A stretch of DNA of 64,000 bases from Sedimentisphaerales bacterium (GCA_963708075.1 OY970194.1:6432001-6496000); one strand, 5' to 3'; positions 29,064-40,765 are shown, numbered from the stretch's first letter. Notes: generated by a model not told the origin, from the sequence alone. Program-made: numbers and translations.

Positions 29064-29225
29064 GCGGCCGATGATAGCTGCCCCCTCTGCCGGCGAGCAA
29101 GCCTTTTCCACAGGATCGCCATCCCCTGGACGGCGTCGCGGGCGTTCTTCTCCAGCCTGGACAACACCAAGAAATCCGTTGGCAACATGCCCGTTGGCAA
29201 CGCGCGAAGTCTCGGACTCAGGCCC

Positions 29226-32200
29226 TCAATCGTCCGGAGATGCGGTTGGTTTATTTGGCTCGCGGCCTAACACGAACCATTGCTCAAGGGCTTCCACAAG
29301 CTCCCGTCGAACTCGCTCATCTCCGGTGCGGCTCTCCGCCAGCTCTGTAAACCGGGCGACAGCCTTGTCGATCCGGACATTCATGCGATCCAGCAGTTTC
29401 AGGCATGGGTCCAGATCGCCGGGCAGTTCAACTTTACCGCTTATGCCCAAATTGGCCAAGCGCAGGATCAACTCGGCTTGGCCACGAGACGGGCAGTCAA
29501 CGTGTGTCTTTCTCACCTTTCCGAAATAGACCGTGTTCGGATCAAACATGGGCGACGGTGACAGGATGGCCGGGCGTTCTTCCGGAATGTCCACGAGCAT
29601 CTTGGCCCCGGACCATTGCTCGACCCATTCCGCAAGTGGCGTGGCATCTTCAAGCTCGGCGGCGTCCCAGATGTCGGCAGCCAAATCATGAACACTGAAA
29701 CGCTGATTGTTCGATTTCGCCCGCTGCTGCATCTTTTCGATTTCGACCACTCGAATATCGCGGAAGTGCCGTGCGGTCGCCTCATACAACCGCGCAGTCA
29801 GGTCGGTCCGCTCTTGTGGATCAGTCACACCAAGCAATTCAAGGACCGCATCGTCCAAGTCTTGGCGGTCGCGCTGGCGCAACTCATCGGAGAGCACCAG
29901 CGGCCCTGCGGCGATTCTCCTCGCGCGGTCCGGTGTATGGCAATCCATCAACTGCTCTTCTACCAACCTACCTACCTCACGCCGGCTCATGCGCTCCAAT
30001 GCGGTAGTAAGGCGTTTAGCCAAAGATGCTGATATGTTGCGAGGGTCAGGCACTTCTAAGAGATTCACGTCCACCACTTCAGTCTTAAGGTTACCCTCGG
30101 TACCCGCGAACCTGCCATAGAACGTTTTGAATAGACCAATGAGGGTAGAATTCAAGATGGCTACAAGCGACTTGGCTTCGCGTGCAGAGAGATCCCCCGA
30201 AGCTATGTCGAACAAGTTGTGATTGCAGATCAAACCCTCGGGGTTTCCCGCAATGATGTGCCGATACTGTTGCGCCATCGGCCAAAACGCAATTCCGGGC
30301 GCACCAGACCTGTCAAGTCGTACCAAGGATCGCGGGCAGCACACGTGGAACGCTTGGGAACGGGCACAGGCTTCGACTTTTTCGATGCAAAGGTCGCCGT
30401 CATGCCATAACGAAGGTAATGCCACACCCAGGGCGATTCCGCTTTCAGTTTGTCCATCGGCTCGCTGACGAGCAGGACAACTCGGTCCAAATCGGATGCG
30501 CGAACAACGGGACGATCAACCTTCATCAAGCTATGGACTTCCGGCGCGACGTATTTCGCTTCGATAGGATGGATGCTTCCGTCGCCGGCTTCAATAATCT
30601 TGATTTTTCCCGATTCGACCTCCTTGCGTGGTGCGCCGCCCGCGTGTCGGGGAAAGAGACGATCTGCTTCGTGTTTTGCCAAGATATCCGCCGTGATATC
30701 TCTGGGCATGAAGAAGGCGTCACAGCCACTCGTTATTCCCCTTCGGATTGTAGCCACCTCTCCAAGATGAACAAACCGGTTACTGAAGCGACGCATGATC
30801 TCGAAGTAGAGGTCCGGGGCACGGACGTACCGTCCCCATTTGCCCGCATGATAATCACCGTTCTCTTTGGGACCGTTTGCTGGTTTGGTAGCCGTCGGCG
30901 TATCCTCGTCGGCGTCAGGTTCACATCCGTTCTCGTATTCCTCCGCGAGCGGTTCCAATTCCACGTCGCCCAGAATCGACCCGGCGCGAACACCATCGTT
31001 CCACAGGTCGCCCTGTGTCTTGACGATGATGCGCATATCCTGGTCCTGGAGGTCGATCTCTGTGCTGAGGATTCGGTATCGCATCGCCTCAATGGAAGCT
31101 TGGCGGGCATCCTCATTCTGGCCAGGTGGAATAGCGATGATGTCGGCCAGCCTGCGAGAGAACCGCACAAAACGAACGCGGTTTTCCATACGCTCCGTCT
31201 CATCGTCACACTGTTGCAAGATCGTGACGCAGGTTTTTACTCTCGCATCTTCAAACCATGGCTCGGCAGCGCTTTCCATGATTGCAAGAATTTTGAAGTG
31301 CCGAAGCACCCAGCCCTGAAGGGCAAAGCCGTACTCGACATCCAGCCACGATGAACTGGTGAGAAAACCGAAGTAGCCGCCGGGCTTGAGCAGGCGTGTT
31401 GCAGCAGGCCAGAAGTAGCAATGCAGGTCACTTCGACCGCTCAAATGCAGATCGGGCCACGCATCGCTCGCAATCTCAGCAAAGCGGGCCTTGTCCTTCT
31501 TCTCGACTTTCTCCTGGCGGACGTATGGCGGATTGCCAACTACGGCATCCAACTCCGGCAGCAATACCGCGGTGCGGTCTGAGGACTCACTCGCCACAGG
31601 AATCTCGCAGAACGGTTTCTCAGGTGTAACATCGAAGAAGTTGCACCGCACAATGCGCGGGTAATTGGCCTCATCATTGATTTCGCGGGCGGCAAGGTTC
31701 AGCGTCGCCAGATGGGCTGGATAGAGGGCGATGTCGCACCCGAATAACTCGCCGATCAAATCCAGATGTGGGCGCGACGTGTCCAAGTGACGCTTACGGT
31801 AGTAGGCACGCACAAGGAAACTGCCCGACCCACAGGCTGGGTCCAAGATCGCATAAGAAGCGCTGCGAACACAGAAACCGTTGATCAGATCTACCACATC
31901 ATCGCCTGTGAAGTGCTGGCCGTAGCGGTGTCGCTCATCCGGGCCAATCAGCTTTTGGAAGATGCGCCCCACCACATCGGACGGGACTTCCCCAAAGTCT
32001 ACCGACTCAATCCCACGGAGCATGCCTCGCCAAGCATCCAGAGCACTCACCGGTTCGAAGACAAGGCGGGTTGCCCAATCCTTTGCCTCAGGCATCAAGA
32101 GCGGCTCGTAATCACCGCTGCGATCCACGGCCCGCTGGAACAAGCGATTGAGCGCAGCCAAAGCCTCGTCGGGCTTCTTGATGGAGCGGCGCAGGTCAAG

Positions 32201-33004
32201 ACGCGGCAGGTCCTTGAAACGTGCGCGCAAAGCCTTATAGAAGATGAGCCGGTTGGCCCATACGTAAACAAGGGTCTTGGCCATGTTGTCCGTCGCCTTG
32301 ACCCATTCCTCCTGCGGCGTCCGAACATAAGTCCAATCCTGATCCGCCATCCACCGCTGAACGCGGAGGTCAAACGTTTTGTTCCTGTCCGCATGTGCCA
32401 GGATGTACGCGCCGGCCAGTTGCCGGGGCCAATCAAGATGACTTTCCAGAGAGTGGATGAAGACATCATCTGGCGGAATCGACCAGTCGTCTCGCCGTCC
32501 AGAGAGGATATCGGCAAGATCGTGCAACAAGTCAGGGAGGAAGCTAGTCTTGATGAAGTTGAGATTCTCTTCACGAGCAACGGCCTCGGGACTCGCCAAG
32601 TTTCTCGCGAGTCGCCACACCCGGATGCGCCGGTCGATAAGAGGACGATCCCAAAGGCCGCGGTCAAACAGTACAAACTCGTTGACGTTCCAAGTGAAGA
32701 AGAACTGGACGTTCTCATTATCTGCCTTGGTGAAGGCATCCTGCATGAGCTTCTCAGCAAATGCGGAGCGTCCTTCGGGTGTTCCCGGCAACTTCACTTC
32801 GCCGCAGAGGATCACCTTGCCGCTGTAATCGAAGAATCGGAGGTCTTTGCGTTTGGACCGGCCCGTGCCTGTCCCGAAGCCTTCCACCCGCGCGTCACGA
32901 AAGGGACTATAGCCACTTGTATTCTGGCTTACCAAAACACCGACTGCGGTGGCTATTTGCGAACAGAAATCAACCTCATGGATCGTGGATTTCACCGAAG
33001 CCAC
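29226..33004 (-). CDS. Type IIG restriction-modification fusion (REase plus N6-adenine MTase plus TRD); apparent 1-nt deletion near 30297
   Basis: N-terminal KDL...GEVK nuclease motif, LDPACGSGSFL, NPPY; the two frames join as ..LVRP-GIAFW.. Confidence 0.85.
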
Positions 33005-33211
33005 TATGGTGCCCTTCCGTGAGACATACGGGACCGCTCTCCTGCACTCCATCGGGCATGACCTACATCGTTTTCCATAACGCCACGGTGAAGTCTTCCC
33101 TCTTCAAAAGTCGCCATGGCCCTGACCAACCAAGTTCTTGAGCCATCAACAGGGACCCATAGTAGTCTCGGCAAGTGCGCTTGGCAAGCCGCAGTTTTGG
33201 ACTGTCAGCTA

Positions 33212-34589
33212 TTAGGTGGTCAATGTTGCCAGGACCCCGTCAATGGCATTCTTCTCTATTCTGACCGTGACAAGGTCATTCGTGGCTGGGGGGTGGGGGG
33301 AGTCGGGGAGCTCGACCATGAAGTATCGTTCGGCACGGCCGGCGGGGTGGGGGGCGGTGGTTTCGATCAGGACTTGGGCGGTTTCGCCTAGGAACTGGGT
33401 GCGGAATTGGGTCTGGAGGGTTTCGTCGAGGGTGCGGAGAGTCTGGGAGCGAGCCTTTTTGAGTTCCGGGGGGACTTTGGGCTGCATTTTGGCGGCGGGG
33501 GTGCCTTGGCGCGCGGAGAAGACGAAGACGTGCATCTTGGCGAAGGCGACTTCCTTGGCCAGGGCGAGCGTTTCGCCGAAATCGGCGTCGGTTTCACCTG
33601 GGAAACCTACGATAATATCGGTCGTTATGGCGGGGCGGTCCAGGCGGGATCGGATCAGGGCGACCTTGTCGCGGAAGTCGTCGGCGGTGTAGGGTCGGGC
33701 CATCCGGTGGAGGACGGCGTTCGAGCCGGACTGCAGGGACAGGTGCAGGTGCGGCATTATATTAGGATGGGTGGCGAAGACGTCCATCAGGCGGGGAGTC
33801 ACGTCCGCGGGGTCGAGCGAGCTTAGGCGAATGCGGGCAAGGTTGGTGATTTGGGCAATCTTGTCCAGCAGGGCGGGCAGGTGCTTGTTCTCTGGGTCCG
33901 GCCAGTTGCGCCGGCGGGCGGTTCGCATAGCCGTAGGCGCCGAGGTGGACGCCTGTCAGGACGATCTCCTTGTGTCCGGCTGCCACCAGGGCCGTCGCTT
34001 CCGCGATGATTTCTTCGGGTTTTTTGAAACGAACGGCGGGTCGCGCCGTCGGTATTATGCAGTAAGAGCAGAACGCGTCACAGCCGTCCTGGATCTTGAG
34101 AAACGCGCGGGTCTGGTCCTGGAAATGCGTCAGCGAGGGCAGGTCGTCGGGCGGCTGTAAGTCGTTTTTGGACTTGACTTTGTCGCTATTTTGTGCTCTA
34201 ATCAAGGGGTCGAAGTACCTGGAGCTTTGTGCATCTGGGGTGGTTGCTTGGGTAGCGACCAGGGAGTGCAGGGTAGCGGTGAGGTCGCACCGGTCCTTGA
34301 CAACATGGACGTTCTCTCCGGCGGCGTGGAGTTCATCGGTTTGGACCGTGGGCAGACAGCCGCAGATCACGACAGCCTCGGGGTGATGTTTTTGGGCCAA
34401 ATGGCTGAAGTGCCGGCTCTTGGCGGATGCGGTGTGCGTCACGCAGCAGGTGTTGACGATGACCAGTTGCGGCTGCTGCGAGGGATCCACCTGCCGAAGG
34501 CCGTGGGATTCGAGAAACTGGCGAATCTGCTGGCTTTCGTAGTGGTTGACCTTGCAGCCGAGAGTTAATATGGCGAAACTCTTGAGCAT
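33212..34589 (-). CDS. mtaB: tRNA methylthiotransferase MtaB; apparent +1 frameshift at 33920-33926
   Basis: TLGCKVNHYES, NTCCVT, KIQDGCDAFCSYC, HLSLQSGS, DIIVGFPGET. Confidence 0.9.
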
Positions 34590-34596
34590 ATGGTAT

Positions 34597-34625
34597 AATC
34601 TACGCTTGTTGAGAGCCGTTTACAA
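34597..34625 (-). promoter_or_regulatory. Putative promoter for a leaderless mtaB transcript
   Basis: TTGTAA-17 nt-TAGATT, 7 nt before the ATG. Overlaps a TGGTATAAT extended -10 on the plus strand that could serve pilM. Confidence 0.5.
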
Positions 34626-34666
34626 GACGATAGAGAGTACCCACCAGACCGGATGGGAGGTTCATC

Positions 34667-36916
34667 ATGGCAGCAGGATCAGATGCGATTTGGGCGGTTG
34701 ACCTGGGGAATTACTCCCTTAAGGCCCTGCACCTGATGTCAGTCGGGGATGTGGTCCAGGTCATCGGCTTCGATCACATCCCGCACGGCAAGATTATCTC
34801 CAGCGGCGTCAGTGCGGCGGAGCGCGAGGAACTGATCGCGATTACGCTGCGGCAGTTCGTCCAGCGCAACGAGATCGAGTACGATCCGCTGATTGTCTCG
34901 GTGCCCAGCCAGAACAGCTTCGCCCGATTCGTCACGCTGCCGCCCGTGGAGGCCAGGAAAATCCCGGAGATCGTCCAGTTTGAGGCGGCCCAGCAAATCC
35001 CCTTCGATATAACCGAGGTGCAATGGGACTGGCAGCTCATGACCGAGGCGGATAGCCCGGAGAAGCGGGTGGGGATTTTCGCGATCAAGAACGAGGTGGT
35101 CAGCTCGGCGCTGGAGCAGTTCGAGCGAGAGGATCTGCAGGTAAGTTATGTGCAGATGGCGCCGATGGCTTTGTACAACTACCTGGTGTTCGACCGGCCG
35201 GACCTGGTCAATTCGGACAAGCGAGCCACCGTGGTCATCAACATCGGGGCCGACAGCACCGACCTGGTCGTATGCACAGCGTCGAACGTCTGGCAGCGAT
35301 GCATCGTCATGGGCGGCAATGCCTTCACGCAGGCGATTGCCGAGGCCTTCAAGCTCAACTTCGAGAAGGCCGAGAAGCTCAAACGCACCGCTCCCGTGAG
35401 CAAATACGCCCGGCAGATCTTCCAAGCCATGCGGCCGGTCTTTACCGATCTTGCGGGCGAGGTACAGAGGTCCGTCGGGTTTTACACCAGTTCGAATCCG
35501 GACGTGAAGATTGCCCGCGTAGTGGCGATGGGCGGCGGGACGAAACTGCGCGGATTGCTCAAATATCTGTCGCAGACCCTGCAGATTCCCGTGGAAAAGC
35601 CGGACGCCTACAAGCGGCTGGCCATCGCCCCGGGCCTGTCCAGCGCGAAGTTCCACGAGAACGTGGCCGACTTCAGCGTGGTGTACGGGCTGGGCCTTCA
35701 GGGCCTGGGCATGGCCCGCATCGAGAGCAACCTGCTGCCCACGAGCGTCGCTCGCTCGATGGCCTGGGCGGGCAAAACGAAGTTCTTCATCGGTGCGGCG
35801 GTGCTGCTCCTGCTAGTCTCGCTGATGTGTCTGGGACGGGTTGGATGGGACAAGGTCACCTACGCCCGGCAACAAGACACGCGGACGAGAACCAAGAGCA
35901 TAGTCAACCAGGCTCAGGGGATCGTTCAGAGCAAGGACAGCATGGGACAGCAGGAAACGAGCATCCAGGACAAGACGAGAAAGTACTTCCAATTGTTTGA
36001 GTACCGGGAAATCGTGCCGACGCTGCACGAGCTTCTCATCTCCGCGCTGCCGAATGCCAAGAACAATCCGGAGCAGCGGGCGCTCTACGAGGCGTTCGCC
36101 GCCGGCGACGTCGCCAAGGTCATGGCGGTCCCGAGGCTCCAGAGGAAGCAGCTCTTCATCACCCACCTGTCTCTCTATTATTCAGACAACCTGGCAACGG
36201 CCCAGTTCAACAAGACGGCCCTGATGCGCAGAGACCAGATGACCCAGATGCAGGGAGGCGGGGAATCGGAGATGTATGACACGGACATGATGGCGGAGAT
36301 GGAGGCCATCTACGGCAAAGACTACCTGCAACAATCCGGCATGCTGGGCGGGGGCCAGGAGGCGGTCAAGGAAGTCGGCTTCGTGGTGACCATCGCCGGC
36401 TACAGCCCATACGAGCGATTCGAGACCCTGCTGGACCCCATGGGCGTGGAGAGCCAGCCGGCCAAGTGGGGCTTCGTGACACGAATCGAGCACCTCGACA
36501 GATTCCTCGGCCTGGATCCCAACAGCACCCCGTTCGAGTTGTACAGCCGGGAGGCGGACCACTTCCTGCTGGAAAAAGGGGTCGTGGACCCGACGGCGGA
36601 CATGCCGGGCGGCGTTGGCGAGATCCAGTACGTTCAGGACCCGGCCGATCCGCAGATGAAGGCCCAGGCGGGCATGCTCGGCTACGCTGTGAATCGCGGA
36701 AAGCCGATCCTCGTGGACCCCATGACCCGCGAACAGATCGGCGCCGAAACGATCATGGACCAGTACGGCCGTCCGATGGCCGACGCGACGGGAAAGACCA
36801 GGCTCAACGAACGCGATCACTGGTTCAGCCTGCAATTCAAGCTGCTCTGGAAGTCCGGCGCCGCCGAAACGGGCAGCTCGGGCGCCGCACAGACATCCAC
36901 CCCGGGGGCCAAGTAG
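34667..36916 (+). CDS. pilM: Type IV pilus assembly protein PilM fused to a TM segment and a PilN-like exported domain
   Basis: WAVDLGNYSLKA, EAAQQIPF, INIGADSTDL, GGNAFT, then NLLP followed by a TM helix. Confidence 0.85.
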   Translation: MAAGSDAIWAVDLGNYSLKALHLMSVGDVVQVIGFDHIPHGKIISSGVSAAEREELIAITLRQFVQRNEIEYDPLIVSVPSQNSFARFVTLPPVEARKIPEIVQFEAAQQIPFDITEVQWDWQLMTEADSPEKRVGIFAIKNEVVSSALEQFEREDLQVSYVQMAPMALYNYLVFDRPDLVNSDKRATVVINIGADSTDLVVCTASNVWQRCIVMGGNAFTQAIAEAFKLNFEKAEKLKRTAPVSKYARQIFQAMRPVFTDLAGEVQRSVGFYTSSNPDVKIARVVAMGGGTKLRGLLKYLSQTLQIPVEKPDAYKRLAIAPGLSSAKFHENVADFSVVYGLGLQGLGMARIESNLLPTSVARSMAWAGKTKFFIGAAVLLLLVSLMCLGRVGWDKVTYARQQDTRTRTKSIVNQAQGIVQSKDSMGQQETSIQDKTRKYFQLFEYREIVPTLHELLISALPNAKNNPEQRALYEAFAAGDVAKVMAVPRLQRKQLFITHLSLYYSDNLATAQFNKTALMRRDQMTQMQGGGESEMYDTDMMAEMEAIYGKDYLQQSGMLGGGQEAVKEVGFVVTIAGYSPYERFETLLDPMGVESQPAKWGFVTRIEHLDRFLGLDPNSTPFELYSREADHFLLEKGVVDPTADMPGGVGEIQYVQDPADPQMKAQAGMLGYAVNRGKPILVDPMTREQIGAETIMDQYGRPMADATGKTRLNERDHWFSLQFKLLWKSGAAETGSSGAAQTSTPGAK

Positions 36917-36928
36917 GACGAACGAATC

Positions 36929-38320
36929 ATGGCGAATATCAACGTAAAAGATATCCTGAAGAAACTCAGCTTCTTCAAGAACAACCTCTCGCTGCTGGCG
37001 GCTGTCTTGATCGCCGCGGTGGCCCTGCTGCTGTTCATCCCTACACGGATCCTCGGCAGCAAGCTGCGCAAGACGATGGAGCAGGAGAGCGGGGCAACCG
37101 CGCGGACCGTCGCCTCGCTGCCCAGTCAGCTCGAGGACGCGGCCAAGTCTCGACAGATGGAGCCGTACATCAACGCCTATGCCCGCGACGCCAACCAGAT
37201 CGAGAACCTGGTAAAGCAGACCACTCTGCGCGAGCTGCTCAGCTACCGGCTCTTCCCCGACACGAACGAGAGAACGACCCTGCTGTTCGAGGAATTCGCC
37301 CGCCATTACCACAGCGGGGTGGACGCCATGCTCGAGGGCATCCGGGCCGGGGTGTCTCCGACGGACCAGGAGATCAAAGCGGCGTTGCAGCGGGCGCCGC
37401 AGCCGGGCATGGGAGCCTACGGGAACCCCTATGGGGGCGGGTACGGACCGGGCGGCGCCGACCAGACACAGTCCTTCACCGTGACGCCGTCGTCGTCATC
37501 CTTGTCGCCCTACGGTGATTACGGCGGCGGGATGGGTGGGACCTCCCTGATGCTGACCGACACGCAGCGCAAGATTTTCGATACCATTTGCCTGGAAAAG
37601 GCGCAGGCGGCGGGCGCATACGCCAACCCGATCGATGTGGCCGGCTACGTGTACTGGGCCGACTGGAAGTTCGAGAATCGTGACGCCGCCTACAAGGACT
37701 GCTGGTACTGGCAGATGGGATACTGGATGATCGAGGACGTCTTCACGACGATTCGCGAGATGAACAAAGGCTCGAGCAGCATCCTGGATGCGCCGGTCAA
37801 GCGGGTGATGAACGTCAGCTTCGTCCTGGGGCGTACGACGGGCCGGTCTTTCCGACGTGCGGGACGAAGTATGCGTGGGAAGAAGGAGGGAGAGAACCCC
37901 GTGTATGTGACCAATGCCAAGAATGGAATGACGGTCCCCTGCAGCGGGCGACTGACCTGCGAGGAGTTCGACGTCATGCATTTCAACGTCCGCACGATCG
38001 TCGAAGCCAGGAGCGCGCTGCCGTTCATGAAGCAGTTGTGTACGGCCAAGCCGCACAACTTCAGCGGATGGAAGGGCAACGAGCCCGCGCAGAAGTATTT
38101 GCACAATCAGATCACCATCCTGGAGAGCAGCACGGCCCCGGTCGATCCGGAGCGTATCGAGCACCTGGTGTATCGCTACGGGGACGCCCAGGTCGTCGAG
38201 CTGGACCTGATTTGTGAGTACGTCTTGAACAAGGCGGCTTATGAAGGTGTCAAGCCCAAGCAGGTGAAGGACGACATCACCACCGCGATTGAAAGCGCTA
38301 CGAAGGGCAAGAAGAGGTAG
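36929..38320 (+). CDS. Membrane-anchored protein of the pilM operon (PilO-like position)
   Basis: Single N-terminal TM segment; 12 nt after the pilM stop. Confidence 0.7.
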   Translation: MANINVKDILKKLSFFKNNLSLLAAVLIAAVALLLFIPTRILGSKLRKTMEQESGATARTVASLPSQLEDAAKSRQMEPYINAYARDANQIENLVKQTTLRELLSYRLFPDTNERTTLLFEEFARHYHSGVDAMLEGIRAGVSPTDQEIKAALQRAPQPGMGAYGNPYGGGYGPGGADQTQSFTVTPSSSSLSPYGDYGGGMGGTSLMLTDTQRKIFDTICLEKAQAAGAYANPIDVAGYVYWADWKFENRDAAYKDCWYWQMGYWMIEDVFTTIREMNKGSSSILDAPVKRVMNVSFVLGRTTGRSFRRAGRSMRGKKEGENPVYVTNAKNGMTVPCSGRLTCEEFDVMHFNVRTIVEARSALPFMKQLCTAKPHNFSGWKGNEPAQKYLHNQITILESSTAPVDPERIEHLVYRYGDAQVVELDLICEYVLNKAAYEGVKPKQVKDDITTAIESATKGKKR

Positions 38321-38358
38321 GATCGTACGGACTGAACAGTTGTGTGGCGGGATGAGTT

Positions 38359-40599
38359 ATGCAGGACCTGATCAAAAAAGTCGGACGTTTCGTCGAGAAC
38401 CACGTCGAGAAGATCGTGCTTGTCGCTGTGGGCGTGGTGTGCGTGGTGCTGTTCTTCAAGTGGGTGATCTTCAGCCCGGCCGTCGTGACGCTGGATGGAA
38501 AGAAGTTCAGCGCCGGCCGGATCGATAAGGAGATCTTCGCGAAGGCCCAGGAGCTCGAACGCAGCATCAACAGCGGCGGCGAAGGTCAAAAGGCCCCGGC
38601 GTACAAGTCCGTGCTCACCAGCCGGATCGATGTGAACAACCCGGTCGTCGCCGGGCTCTTCGAGCACCCGTTGCCGCAGGGGTTCATGGGTCTGTTCCGC
38701 TCGCCCCTCGGGTCGATCACCAGCGGCGGCCCGATCATGCCCCCCGGCCGCACCGTCGCGGGCAGCCTTCGCAGGTTCAAGCTGCCTCCGCGCATCGGAG
38801 AGGTCACGGACGTGGCCGCCGTTCACCTGCGAGCGGCCGCCTGGGTCCCCCTGGAAGAGCTGACCCCGCAGAACGGATACGAGAAGGTGGACGTCGAGGC
38901 CAACGACGTCGATCTGGTGACGGTCGAGGCGAAATTCGACACGGTCCAGTTGTATCGCCAGTTCCGCGCGTATTTCGCCGGCGAGAATGTGGCCAAGGCG
39001 GAGTGGCGCGACCCGTGCCTGGCGGAGCCGGTCTTTGCGGCCGTGCAACTGCAAAGACAGGAGTTGCTCCGCGACGGCGTCTGGTCGGACTGGCAGGAGG
39101 TTCCACGCAGCCGGTCGGAGTCCTACGGAGAGCTCTTCACGGTCAACGAGCGAATCGAGGACCTGCCTCCGGGAGGTCTTGATATCCGGATGATGCAGAT
39201 GCGGTCGCCCATGGTCCGGATGAGCCTGCTGCAGCCGGAAGGCTACCAGATCGCCTCCTCTGAGGAGGACTGGTTCCCGCCGAGCTTCTACGGCAAGTTC
39301 AAGACGCTGCAGCGGAAGGTGGACATGGAGGAGAAGCGGGAGGAAAGAGAGAAAGATCAGGGGACACAGCAGACCCGTGACGGCGGCCGGATTCGCTCCG
39401 GCGGCGTGGGAGGCGCCCAGGGCGGTCAGGCGACCGGCGCCGGGGGACGATATCGCTCCGGTACGGCCGGTGGCGGGGCGGGCGACTCGATGTACGGCGG
39501 CGCCGGCGGCACGCGGGACCGTCGCGGCCGCGGCGGGCAGGCCCAGCAGGACGCCGCGTACGGCCCGGGCGCCGGCGATCAGACCACGCGTAAGAGAGGC
39601 GCCTCGAAAGCGCGGACACGAAACGCCGACGAGGCGGGCATGTACGGCGAGACGATGTATGGGCCGGGCGGGGACATGACGGGCAAGACCACCACCAACG
39701 AGGTGTACTACGACTTTGCTCAGACGCTGATCAACTACCGCACAAAGCTGGACGAGTCGGAGAAGCCCCTGTTGTTCTGGGCGTTCGACGATACCGCGCA
39801 GCCCGGCCACACCTATCAGTATCGCATCCGCCTGGGAGTCTTCAATCCCGTCGCCGGGACCAATCAACTGGCCGAGCAGAGCGCGGATAAGAAGGACCAG
39901 GTCATCCTCTGGAGCGAGTTCTCCGGCATTACTAAGCCGGTGGAAGTCCGCGAGCGGATGTATTTCTTCGCCAAGGACGTGCAGGAGGCGAAGAAGAGCA
40001 CGACCGTCGAGGTCGCCCGCTATATGCTCGGGTACTGGCGCAGCGCCGATTTCGATGTGAAGCCGGGCGAGGCGATCGGCAAGGAGATGGCGCCGCCCAA
40101 GGTGGAAGAAAAGAAGCGTCTGCCTGGACAGGGCCCTCGGATCACGGATCCGGCGTACGCGGCGTATGACACGATGGGCATGGGCATGCCCGGCGCGCCG
40201 GGTTTTGGGCCTGCCGATCCGACCAAGGCCACGACGCCGGAACTGATCGACTACCGCACGGGCAAGGTTCTTCTCGATCTGGTGCAGGTCGGCGACTGGG
40301 GCGAGGCCCCGAACCTGCGTCCCCGCATGTACAATGAAATGCTTTACACGAGTGACGGCCGGAATATCGAGCATATGCCGATCAGCACGACGAACTGGCC
40401 GAAGGATCTGGTGGCCGCGTATCAATATGTCAAGACGGAGCTGCGCAAGGAACCTCAGGCGTTCCGGCAATTCAAGAAAGGCGGCATCCGCGGCCGCATG
40501 CAGCCCGGCATGGGCGGCTATGAAGGCATGGGGGGCATGTACGAGGACATGATGTACATGCAGGGCGGTCCCGGCGGCCCGGGCGGTGCCCGCCGCTAA
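38359..40599 (+). CDS. Membrane-anchored protein of the pilM operon with Gly/Met-rich tracts
   Basis: HVEKIV plus TM; FDDTAQPGHTYQYRIRL (FN3-like); Gly/Met/Tyr-rich low-complexity regions. Confidence 0.75.
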   Translation: MQDLIKKVGRFVENHVEKIVLVAVGVVCVVLFFKWVIFSPAVVTLDGKKFSAGRIDKEIFAKAQELERSINSGGEGQKAPAYKSVLTSRIDVNNPVVAGLFEHPLPQGFMGLFRSPLGSITSGGPIMPPGRTVAGSLRRFKLPPRIGEVTDVAAVHLRAAAWVPLEELTPQNGYEKVDVEANDVDLVTVEAKFDTVQLYRQFRAYFAGENVAKAEWRDPCLAEPVFAAVQLQRQELLRDGVWSDWQEVPRSRSESYGELFTVNERIEDLPPGGLDIRMMQMRSPMVRMSLLQPEGYQIASSEEDWFPPSFYGKFKTLQRKVDMEEKREEREKDQGTQQTRDGGRIRSGGVGGAQGGQATGAGGRYRSGTAGGGAGDSMYGGAGGTRDRRGRGGQAQQDAAYGPGAGDQTTRKRGASKARTRNADEAGMYGETMYGPGGDMTGKTTTNEVYYDFAQTLINYRTKLDESEKPLLFWAFDDTAQPGHTYQYRIRLGVFNPVAGTNQLAEQSADKKDQVILWSEFSGITKPVEVRERMYFFAKDVQEAKKSTTVEVARYMLGYWRSADFDVKPGEAIGKEMAPPKVEEKKRLPGQGPRITDPAYAAYDTMGMGMPGAPGFGPADPTKATTPELIDYRTGKVLLDLVQVGDWGEAPNLRPRMYNEMLYTSDGRNIEHMPISTTNWPKDLVAAYQYVKTELRKEPQAFRQFKKGGIRGRMQPGMGGYEGMGGMYEDMMYMQGGPGGPGGARR

Positions 40600-40635
40600 T
40601 CGAAGCCTCCGCCACGCCTGATAAGCAAACCTGAT

Positions 40636-40676
40636 TGCGGACTGCGGTTTCTCGACCGCAGTCCGCATTTTCTTTT
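40636..40676 (+). terminator. Intrinsic terminator of the pilM operon
   Basis: TGCGGACTGCGGT-TTCTCG-ACCGCAGTCCGCA-TTTTCTTTT, perfect 13-bp stem. Confidence 0.9.
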
Positions 40677-40765
40677 CCCTCCGAACCCTCCGGTCTGCAA
40701 CGGCATGCCTACGTCGCGCATGGCCAGTCACATGTTCCTTGTGCCACGCATCATAGGGTCCAGAT

